Assembly (NCBI GenBank): GCA_963723995.1
Contig: CAVRSZ010000001.1
Location: forward strand, 1,307,573 to 1,371,572
DNA length: 64,000 nt
Origin: an uncultured Acidimicrobiales bacterium
Lineage (GTDB): Bacteria > Actinomycetota > Acidimicrobiia > Acidimicrobiales > SZUA-35
Reading direction: 5' to 3'
Numbering within the stretch: position 1 is the first letter of the stretch; the number at the start of each line of letters is the position of its first letter. Position numbers and translations under genes: made by a program. Positions 48,376 through 56,453 of the stretch are shown piece after piece. The notes beneath the pieces were generated by a model that was given only the letters and a program-made list of their open reading frames with translations, was not told the origin of the DNA and ran no database searches.

Positions 48376-48683
48376 TGCCACCAGCCAGAAGATCGATGCG
48401 TCGAACCGCTCGCCGGACCTCCCGCCGAACCTCTCGGAGGATGAACCGGAGGATGAACGCGGTCCAGGCGGCAGCAACGCCGGTCCAGCCGGTGTACGCC
48501 GCGCCACCTCCGGCGCCGGTCCAGGCTGCACCGCCACCACAACCGGCCCCGGCTCCTGCAGCCCCGGCCGCGGACGTGCCCGGCTATGTGGCCGAGCTCG
48601 AGCAGTTGGCGTCACTACAGGCCGCCGGTGTACTGACCGCTGAGGAGTTCGAAGCCAAGAAGCGTCAGATCCTCGGGCTTTGA
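48372..48683 (+). CDS. SHOCT domain protein
   Basis: Arg-rich start, Pro/Ala linker, ELEQLASLQAAGVLTAEEFEAKKRQILGL. Confidence 0.9.
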   Translation: MMPPARRSMRRTARRTSRRTSRRMNRRMNAVQAAATPVQPVYAAPPPAPVQAAPPPQPAPAPAAPAADVPGYVAELEQLASLQAAGVLTAEEFEAKKRQILGL

Positions 48684-48693
48684 ATCAGTTCAG

Positions 48694-49240
48694 ATGTCGC
48701 GTCTTCCGTCCTGGTTACCGGGGCCGGCCCGGGATTCGATTGCTGGCTTTCTGGCAGGCTCGGCGGGGATCCCTCCGGAGCAGCGTCTCGCCGTTTTCGA
48801 CAACGACGGGACTCTGTGGTGCGAGAAACCCCGCTATCCCCAGCTCGACTTCCTCATCTGGCAACTCCGGGGCGCCGTGGCCGAACAGCCCGACCTGAAC
48901 GCTGCTGGCCGCACTCGAATCCCACGGCTTCACCAACTGCATCGTGTCCGGCGGTGGCACCGAGTTTGCTCGGGCCATCAGCCAGCAGGCCTACGGTATC
49001 CCGTCGGAACGAGTGGTCGGCACACTTGTCACCTACGAACTGGTCGAGTACACCAACAGCAGCGCGCTTCCGAGTCTGGCCCTGCTGGTGAATCACGACG
49101 ACGACCGGCGGGAGTACGCGTACGAGAGTGTGGCAGGAAGCTTCGAGTCTCACGAGACGATCACGGAGACGGCGGCCAGGCTCGGTTGGACTCCGATCAG
49201 CATGAAGGAGGACTGGGCAACCGTGTTCCCATGTCGCTGA
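48694..49240 (+). pseudogene. HAD-family hydrolase remnant with internal deletions
   Basis: LPSW...AVFDNDGTLWCEKP, then out of frame IVSGGGTEF...GIPSERVVG joined directly to LLVNHDDDRREYAY...ISMKEDW. Core motifs III/IV are missing. Confidence 0.8.
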
Positions 49241-49263
49241 ACCACGCCCAGCTCCGCATCCGG

Positions 49264-50469
49264 TCAGTGGCCGATGGCAGCGGCGGCGTCGACCATGATG
49301 AGATCGTGCCACCAAAGCCGTTGGAAGAGCTGCGGCGAGGAACCGCGCAGGTCGCCCAGCGCCCGTTCATCATCGAACTGCTCGACGATTCGCCGGGCTT
49401 CGGCGTCCAGGAAGAACACCAGATCCCGATCGGTGTGGGCTCGGTTGATCAGCACGGCAGCGATCCCCGGAGGTAGCCGATCCTCGACCATGGTCACCGT
49501 GGTCGGCCGGATCGGCACATAGCTCCGCCAATCCTCGCCGTTCCAACGCACCGGATGCGTCGGTAGAGGGGAGTCGTTGCGGTAGGCGATCACGCTGTGA
49601 CGCGCCATCGTGCCCCGGAAGAGTTCGAGGGCGGCGAACTGTTCGGGTTCGGGCATCGCCGCGATACGCCGACCGTGCGGCACTTCGGTTATGGCCCCAC
49701 ACTGTGGTCGATACGGTGCCTGGCGGACCCAACGACCGAATCGCAGGCCTGCACCCTCGATCAGGCCAAACACTTCGGGGACCGTGTAGGAGCGATCGCG
49801 AGGGTTGAGCAGGGCGTCGGCCAGGGCATCGTCGTGAGCGAAATCCGGCGTGTCTCGCAGCAGGTGGCTCAGCGGATGACCAGCAGGTAGCTCCCTGAGG
49901 GTCGCCACCAGGTCGCCGATGTCGTCCGGTTCGGGTTTCACACCGAGGCGCCGACAGTAGTCCTGCAGGAGGTACACGCCGAAACGGCCGTACGATGCAT
50001 AGACCATGAGGTGGATCGCACCGGTTGGCGCCAGTGCGTTCCGGAGGGTTCGGAGACCGACCTCCGGATTGGCCAAATGGTGCAGGACGCCGGTGCACAC
50101 GATGTGATCGAACGATGGCCCGAGTTCGCCGGCCTCCTCGATCGGCATGCGGTGGAGCTCGAGATTGGTGAGCCCGTACCGTTCGGCGAGCCGCCTGGTG
50201 GCGCCGATGCTCGTCGTGCTGACATCGATCCCGACCACCCGGGCGTTCGGATACCTCAGTGCGTATCTCGCCGCCTGCGACGTGCCGCACCCGGCGATCA
50301 GTACCGCGTGATCGTCCCGGTACGGTAGGGACGGCCACATACGAGCGTGCTCCACCCGTCGGCGCCGGCCGTCCCTCCAGGCGGCAGCATCCTCGTCCAA
50401 ACCGTCGACGGGCGGAGGATAGGGGTGCTGATCGTAGAACCGGGCGATCTCATCGTCATGGACGGACAT
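49264..50469 (-). CDS. Class I SAM-dependent methyltransferase
   Basis: FYDQHPYP, VLIAGCGT, FDHIVCTGVLHHL. Confidence 0.88.
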   Translation of the reverse strand: MSVHDDEIARFYDQHPYPPPVDGLDEDAAAWRDGRRRRVEHARMWPSLPYRDDHAVLIAGCGTSQAARYALRYPNARVVGIDVSTTSIGATRRLAERYGLTNLELHRMPIEEAGELGPSFDHIVCTGVLHHLANPEVGLRTLRNALAPTGAIHLMVYASYGRFGVYLLQDYCRRLGVKPEPDDIGDLVATLRELPAGHPLSHLLRDTPDFAHDDALADALLNPRDRSYTVPEVFGLIEGAGLRFGRWVRQAPYRPQCGAITEVPHGRRIAAMPEPEQFAALELFRGTMARHSVIAYRNDSPLPTHPVRWNGEDWRSYVPIRPTTVTMVEDRLPPGIAAVLINRAHTDRDLVFFLDAEARRIVEQFDDERALGDLRGSSPQLFQRLWWHDLIMVDAAAAIGH

Positions 50470-50475
50470 CCAGCG

Positions 50476-50799
50476 TCACCCGCCGCCGGCCTCGACGCGC
50501 CGCACGGTCCGGGATCCGAGGTGGCTCGTCCCGGTGTCGATCACCTGCGGCCGGCGAGCAGCCGGGCGGTGTCGCCGGCAGTCGTTGGCGGCGCTGAGGA
50601 ACGACCGACCCTTGACGACCCGACGAACGCCGAGAACTGCTCGTTGGTGACGGTCGTCCTCGACATGAGGAGGCTGTCGACGCCAATCCGCTGATCCGGC
50701 GCCTTCCCGAGGTAGTGGCGGTCCGACCCCCATGGTGAAGGTCCCGGCGGGGACGTTCATCATGGTGGGCCGTTCCGCGACGATTCGCCTCGAGATCAC
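50476..50799 (-). pseudogene. Formylglycine-generating enzyme (SUMF1/FGE) remnant
   Basis: VPAGTFTMG, (shifted frame) SDRHY...TVTNEQFSAFV, joined to RVVKGRSFLSAANDCRRHRPAAR...DTGTSHLG. The central part of the gene is absent. Confidence 0.8.
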
Positions 50800-52286
50800 G
50801 TACTGGCGATACCGGCCTGGAGCTTCTCGAGCATCGCCGACACGGTGAAACTCGACGACTCCTGACGGGGCGGGAATTCGACCAGTGTCTGCGCCATCTC
50901 CATCACGTAGGCCTGAGCCGGCACCAACAGATAGGCCCGATCGATCAGCCAGTCGTAATACGTGTTCGACGTGATGTCCGCACGCTCGAAGGGGTCGGTA
51001 CGAAGGTTGAAGATCTTGGGCACCCGCAGTTCGGTGAACGGCTCGGCCCAGATCCGCAACGTCCCGGCGGCCCGTTGCTCCAGGAACACGATCTTCCAGT
51101 TGTCGAAGCGCAACGCCATCAGATCGCCATCATCCGAAACATAGAAGAACGAGTCTCGACCACTCTCGACCGCGTCACCGGTCAGATAGGCAAGCTGGTT
51201 GCAGCCATCCAGATGGACCTTGTACTCGGTGCCGTTCAGATCGTGGCCCGCCTTGAGCTTCCCCACAATATCGTCCTCGCCGGCGGCGGCGAGAAAGGTG
51301 GGCAGCCAATCGGCGTGACTGACGATGCCGTTCAAGATGATGCCGGCCTCGATCCGGCCCGGCCAGCGCACCAAGCACGGGACTCGGAAGGCCCCCTCCC
51401 AGCACGAGTTCTTCTCGCTTCGGAACGGGGTCATGCCACCATCGGGCCACGTGTTCATGTGCACGCCGTTGTCGGTGCTGTAGACCACGATCGTGTCCTC
51501 GGCGAGGCCGAGCTCATCGAGCAGGTCGAGCATCTTCCCGATGCGCTTGTCGTGCTCGACCATGGCGTCGTGATACTCCGACTGCCACGGTCCGGCCTGG
51601 CCACGGATCTCCTCGGCGATGTGGGTGCGGAAGTGCATGCCCGTGGTGTTGAACCATACGAAGAATGGCGTGTCGTTGTCGGCGGCGTCGCGAATGAAAC
51701 GTTGAGCGGGCTCGATGATCTCGTCGTCGATCGTCTCCATCCGCTTCTTGGTCAACGGCCCCGTGTCCTCGATGCGGCCGTCGGCGTAACTGTGGATCAC
51801 ACCCCGTGGGCCGAACCGTTCCCGAAAGTTGGGGAAGCGTTCGGGATCCGGGTAGTCGACGTTCTCAGGTTCCTCCTCGGCGTTCAGATGGTAGAGGTTG
51901 CCGAAGAACTCGTCGAAGCCGTGATTGGTGGGGAGGAACTCGTCCCGATCGCCGAAGTGGTTCTTGCCGAACTGGCCGGTGGCATAGCCCTGGGCTTTGA
52001 GCGCGGTAGCGATCGTCGGATCCTCGTCACGCAGACCGAGATCGGCGCCCGGCAGTCCTACCTTGGTGAGACCAGTCCGATACGGGTTCTGGCCGGTGAT
52101 GAAGGCAGCCCGTCCGGCAGTGCAGGACTGCTCGCCGTAGTAGTCGGTGAACCGGGCACCCTCGTCGGCGATCCGATCGATGTTGGGTGTCCGGTACCCC
52201 ATCAGGCCGTCGCTGTAGCAGCTCAGATTGCTGATCCCGATGTCGTCGCCCCACAGGACCAGGATGTTCGGCTTTCCGTTCGGCAT
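50796..52286 (-). CDS. Arylsulfatase (Cys-type)
   Basis: KPNILVLWGDDIG, SCTAGRAAFITG, GKNHFGD, STDNG, WEGAFRVP. Confidence 0.93.
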   Translation of the reverse strand: MPNGKPNILVLWGDDIGISNLSCYSDGLMGYRTPNIDRIADEGARFTDYYGEQSCTAGRAAFITGQNPYRTGLTKVGLPGADLGLRDEDPTIATALKAQGYATGQFGKNHFGDRDEFLPTNHGFDEFFGNLYHLNAEEEPENVDYPDPERFPNFRERFGPRGVIHSYADGRIEDTGPLTKKRMETIDDEIIEPAQRFIRDAADNDTPFFVWFNTTGMHFRTHIAEEIRGQAGPWQSEYHDAMVEHDKRIGKMLDLLDELGLAEDTIVVYSTDNGVHMNTWPDGGMTPFRSEKNSCWEGAFRVPCLVRWPGRIEAGIILNGIVSHADWLPTFLAAAGEDDIVGKLKAGHDLNGTEYKVHLDGCNQLAYLTGDAVESGRDSFFYVSDDGDLMALRFDNWKIVFLEQRAAGTLRIWAEPFTELRVPKIFNLRTDPFERADITSNTYYDWLIDRAYLLVPAQAYVMEMAQTLVEFPPRQESSSFTVSAMLEKLQAGIAST

Positions 52287-52477
52287 CTGTATCTACTCCT
52301 TTGGAACGATGTACACGCAGGAATTCCGCACCAACACTAGCTGCGGAATCAACCTGGCGCCCCAACCCCCGGCCGTGAGGGGCCAAGCTGGATTTGGGTG
52401 GCCTGGACCACTGGGTTCGGCGCCGGTTCAACCCATCGAATCGGACTGAGCGCTTGGCGCCATGCCATACTGTCACG

Positions 52478-53812
52478 GTGGCGAGTGACGGCGAGCGAAT
52501 CGGGCACGAGCCGAACCGACCGTTCACCGAGAGGGTGTTCGGTCGGGTCGTCGGATCCGTGGTGTCGCCGGTGGTCGACAACGTCGACGTCGATGAGGTG
52601 GTCGCGAGAATCGATGTCAACCACCTCGTCGAGCGGATCGATCTCGATGAGCTCATCGAGCGGATCGACGTCGATCGGCTTATGAGCAGGGTCGACATCG
52701 ACACACTGCTCACCCGGGTCGACATCAACGAACTCCTGGACCGGATCGACGTGGACCGGCTGCTCGGGCGCATCGAGCCCGACCGATTGATCGAGCGGGT
52801 TGATGTCAACGCCATGATCGAGCGGGTTGATGTCAACGCCATGATCGAGCGGGTCGACGTCAACGCCATGATCGACCGGGTCGACATCAACGCCATGATC
52901 GACCGGGTCGACGCCGACCGACTTCTGGCCCGAGTCGATGTCAACGCCATGATCGAGCGGGTCGACGTCAACAACATGATCGAGCGGGTCGACGTCAACA
53001 ACATGATCGAGCGGGTCGACGTCAACGCCATGATCGACCGGGTTGATGTCAACACCATGATCGACCGGGTCGACGCCGACCGCCTCATGAACCGGGTCGA
53101 CGTCAACGCAGTCGTGGAGCGGACCGAGCTCGGTGCCATCATCGCCCGGTCGACGACCGGAATCTTCGGCCAGCTCCTCGACGTGGCCAGAACCCAGTTG
53201 ATCGCCGTGGACCAGGTGGTGCAGGCGGTTCCGGCCCGAGTGCTGCGAGGCCAGGCCCGGGAGGTTCCCTACCTCCCATCGGGCCCCTCCCCCATCGGGG
53301 ACCTGCAGGCCATGTCATTGCCCCAACGGGCGGTCGCACTTCAACGCCACTCGGCCGGGTCGGTCTCCCGATTCCTCGCCTTCCTGGTCGACCAGTTCCT
53401 GGCCGGTCTCCTGTTCACCGGTGGTCTCGTACTCACCTCGGCCGCACTGCAAGTGGTGATCGGCGTCGACCTCGACATCGAGAGCGACTCAACCATCATC
53501 GCCCTCGCCTATGTGTCGTGGCTCTTCCTCTACTACGCCGGCTCACTGGCGGCCACCGGTCGAACGATCGGCAAGGCCGTACTGGGTCTCATGGTCGTTG
53601 AAGCGGACGGCCACAAACTCACGGGTTGGGCACCGGTTGTCCGCACCATCGTGTTCCCGATCAGCTTTCTGCTCTTCGGTGTTGGCCTGCTCATCGGTCT
53701 GTTCCGTCGCGACCGCCGTCAACTCCATGACCTGGTGGCCGGTACCGCCGTGATCTACGCCTGGGACGCAGCGACCGCCCAGCTCCGGGCCGACACCACC
53801 GAGCCTTCCTGA
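52478..53812 (+). CDS. RDD family membrane protein with a long N-terminal 9-aa repeat region
   Basis: RFLAFLVDQ, GRTIGKAVLGL, RRQLHDLVAGTAV. Start uncertain (frame open from 52394). Confidence 0.85.
   Translation: MASDGERIGHEPNRPFTERVFGRVVGSVVSPVVDNVDVDEVVARIDVNHLVERIDLDELIERIDVDRLMSRVDIDTLLTRVDINELLDRIDVDRLLGRIEPDRLIERVDVNAMIERVDVNAMIERVDVNAMIDRVDINAMIDRVDADRLLARVDVNAMIERVDVNNMIERVDVNNMIERVDVNAMIDRVDVNTMIDRVDADRLMNRVDVNAVVERTELGAIIARSTTGIFGQLLDVARTQLIAVDQVVQAVPARVLRGQAREVPYLPSGPSPIGDLQAMSLPQRAVALQRHSAGSVSRFLAFLVDQFLAGLLFTGGLVLTSAALQVVIGVDLDIESDSTIIALAYVSWLFLYYAGSLAATGRTIGKAVLGLMVVEADGHKLTGWAPVVRTIVFPISFLLFGVGLLIGLFRRDRRQLHDLVAGTAVIYAWDAATAQLRADTTEPS
52583..53122 (+). repeat. 20 x 27-bp coding tandem repeat (consensus VDVNAMIER)
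   Basis: Counted 20 consecutive 9-aa units. Most units from 52799 on are near-identical at DNA level (GTCGACGTCAACGCCATGATCGAGCGG). Confidence 0.95.
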
Positions 53813-53848
53813 CCCCCGCGCCGAGTCCGTCCCTCGGATGCGGGGGTC
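53811..53848. terminator. Hairpin between the convergent RDD and DUF1622 genes
   Basis: GACCCCCGC-G-CCGAG...CTCGG-AT-GCGGGGGTC. Confidence 0.6.
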
Positions 53849-53872
53849 CGCAGGCGGGGGCACGGGGCGCGT

Positions 53873-54259
53873 TCACGGGGCGTTGTGTTCAGCGGAATGT
53901 GGGTTGACCGCCTGCCACGGCCACCGACTCTCCATCTCGACCACCAGTGACCAGGCCAGAAATGTCCGAACCAGCACGAGCAAACCAAGTGCCGCAACGT
54001 TGCCGAGGGTCGGCTCCAGCGTCACCGTACGGATGACATCACCGGCGATGAGAAGATCCAACCCGAGCAGGAGCCCTCTGCCGATCTGGTGCTTGAAGGT
54101 CGTGTACGCAGCCGCCGGCGACTCGACGAGGGCGGTTCGAGCGGCGATGACAATGGCCAGGATGACGGCGACCCCGATCACCGACACGGCGACGATCTCG
54201 ATCCACTCCGCAACTCCGTTGGCGATCCGCCACTCGCCGATCTCGAATTCGCTCAGCAT
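53873..54259 (-). CDS. DUF1622 membrane protein
   Basis: GRGLLLGLDLLIAGDVIRTV, LVRTFLAWSL, EMESRWPWQ. Confidence 0.9.
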   Translation of the reverse strand: MLSEFEIGEWRIANGVAEWIEIVAVSVIGVAVILAIVIAARTALVESPAAAYTTFKHQIGRGLLLGLDLLIAGDVIRTVTLEPTLGNVAALGLLVLVRTFLAWSLVVEMESRWPWQAVNPHSAEHNAP

Positions 54260-54380
54260 GCAACCACCTTCCGAGGCTCGAAAGAGTCTAGCGCCGGAGC
54301 AGGCGCCCCACGAGAGCTTCATCCTCCGTCACGGCTTCTGGCCCGACCACCTTGATATCAGCTGAGATATCGTTTGGCCT

Positions 54381-56453
54381 GTGAGCTCCGACTTCCAGAT
54401 GATTCCGGCGCCCCCTTCGTTGCCGATCGATCGTCCGTCCACTCCGATCAGGGTGTGGCGTGTTGTGGTGTTGGCGGTTGCCCAGGCGGTCACCCTGCTC
54501 CTGGTGGATTTCTTGGTTGATGAGTTCCGTATCGATGGGTTTGTGAATGCGTTGGGGATGGTGGTCACTCTTGCGGTGCTCAACGCTGTGTTGTGGCCGC
54601 TGATTGTGCGGGTCACGCTTCCGTTGATCTTGTTGACGTTGGGTTTGTTCACCTTCGGGCTCAACGCTGTTTTTGTGTGGGTGGCGGCGGCGGTTGTGGG
54701 TGGGGTGGAGGTGGGGTCGTTCTGGTCGGCGATCGCTGTGGCGTTTTCCCTGACGGTGGTCAACATCGTTGTGGGTGGGGTCTTGTCGGTTGATGGCGAT
54801 CACGCCTGGCGCAGCAGGGTTGTGCGGCGGGTGGTGAACCGGGTCGAACCCCCGGAGCGGGGGGATGTTCCGGGCTTGTTGTTCATTCAGATCGACGGTC
54901 TGGGTCACGATGTGCTCGAAGACGCCATGGCGTCAGGACACGCCCCGTTTCTGGGTCGCCTGGTTTCGTCCGGCACCCACCGGTTGTTGGAATGGGAGTG
55001 CGATCTGTCGTCGCAGACCGGTGCCATGCAGGCCGGGATCCTGCTCGGCGACAATCACAACATGCCGGCGTTCCGCTGGTACGAAAAAGACACCGGGCGA
55101 ATCATGGTCACCAACCGTCCCAAGGACGCGGCCGAGATCGAGACCCGCCAATCCAGCGGTGTCGGGCTCCTGGTCGGCGGTGGGGCATCGAGGACCAACG
55201 TGTTCAGCGGCGACACCGACGACACGATGATGACCTTCAGCACCGCCGGGACGAAGATCCTGGGACGGAACCGGTTTCTGTATGTGATCTCGAGCCCCTA
55301 CGCCTTGTTCCGGATCATCGCGTTGGCTGTCGCCGACATCGGCCGCGAACTGCGGGCCGCCCGCCGGGCCCGGCGCCACGGTGTCCAGCCCTCTGTGCAT
55401 CGCGGTGGGGTGTATCCCCTGCTTCGAGCGTCCACGACCGTGGTGCTGGCCGAGATCACCTGGTCGGTTCTGGTGGCCGACATCGCCCGGGGTGTGCCAA
55501 CGGCCTATGTCGACCTGGTGGGCTATGACGAGGTCGCTCACCACTCGGGGATCGCCGCCCCCGACGCTCTCGACACCCTGCGACGCACCGATGATCAACT
55601 GGAACGACTCCTCACCGAGTTGTCGGACGCACCCCGCCCGTACTACCTGGTGGTCCTGGCCGACCACGGCCAAACCCAGGGGGCGACATTCAAACAACGC
55701 TACGGGGAAACCCTCGACGAGCTGGTGCAGCGTCTGGCCGGAGCCAGCGTGACCGCCCCGGTGTTGGCCGAGGAGGGCTGGAACAACGTGAGCGGTCTGC
55801 TCACCGATGCCGCCGCCGACGAATCAACAATGGGCAAAGTGGTGGAACGAGCCACCCGACGCCGAGCCGTCGACGGTGAAATCGTCCTCGGTCCGGCCAC
55901 CGAGCAACAACTCGATGACAACGACATCGTCGTGCTCGCCTCCGGGAACCTCGGCCTGGTCTCGTTCGCCACCCTTGCCGGACGGGCCACCCGCCAACAG
56001 ATCGAACACGCTCACCCCGGGCTGATCGAAGGGCTACGACACCACGACGGCATCGGTATCGTCATGGTCCGAGACCAGACCCTGGGCGACATCGTGTTGG
56101 GCCCGAACGGGATCCACCACCTGAGCGATGGCCACATCGAAGGCCAGGATCCACTCGCCGTGTTCGGGCCCAACACCGCCGAACACCTCCGCCGCACCAG
56201 CAGCTTCGACAACTGCCCCGACCTACTCATCAACAGCTTCTATGATCCCGTGGCCGACGAGGGCGCCGCCTTCGAAGAACTGATCGGCTTCCACGGCGGC
56301 CTCGGAGGCAAACAAACCCGACCCTTCATCCTGGCACCAGCCCAACTCCCCCAACCCGCCCACCCCCTCATCGGAGCAGCATCAATCCACCAACTGTTCA
56401 AAACCTGGGTCACCGCAACACAACAACCACCCACCAACACCCCAACAGACTGA
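54381..56453 (+). CDS. 4-TM 'phage holin family' (YvlD-like) domain fused to an alkaline phosphatase/phosphodiesterase-like domain
   Basis: LNAVLWP...LTLGLFTFGLNA; FIQIDGLG, SQTGAMQAGIL, GYDEVAHHSG, VLADHGQ, FEELIGFHGGLGG. Confidence 0.85.
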   Translation: MSSDFQMIPAPPSLPIDRPSTPIRVWRVVVLAVAQAVTLLLVDFLVDEFRIDGFVNALGMVVTLAVLNAVLWPLIVRVTLPLILLTLGLFTFGLNAVFVWVAAAVVGGVEVGSFWSAIAVAFSLTVVNIVVGGVLSVDGDHAWRSRVVRRVVNRVEPPERGDVPGLLFIQIDGLGHDVLEDAMASGHAPFLGRLVSSGTHRLLEWECDLSSQTGAMQAGILLGDNHNMPAFRWYEKDTGRIMVTNRPKDAAEIETRQSSGVGLLVGGGASRTNVFSGDTDDTMMTFSTAGTKILGRNRFLYVISSPYALFRIIALAVADIGRELRAARRARRHGVQPSVHRGGVYPLLRASTTVVLAEITWSVLVADIARGVPTAYVDLVGYDEVAHHSGIAAPDALDTLRRTDDQLERLLTELSDAPRPYYLVVLADHGQTQGATFKQRYGETLDELVQRLAGASVTAPVLAEEGWNNVSGLLTDAAADESTMGKVVERATRRRAVDGEIVLGPATEQQLDDNDIVVLASGNLGLVSFATLAGRATRQQIEHAHPGLIEGLRHHDGIGIVMVRDQTLGDIVLGPNGIHHLSDGHIEGQDPLAVFGPNTAEHLRRTSSFDNCPDLLINSFYDPVADEGAAFEELIGFHGGLGGKQTRPFILAPAQLPQPAHPLIGAASIHQLFKTWVTATQQPPTNTPTD

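Noticed and set aside
52583-53122. Possible CRISPR array
   Set aside because: Contiguous in-frame 27-bp units with no unique spacers and no cas genes.
54381-54800. Holin domain as evidence of a prophage
   Set aside because: YvlD-like 4-TM domains fused to phosphatase domains are cellular, and there are no phage structural, lysin or integrase genes in the window.
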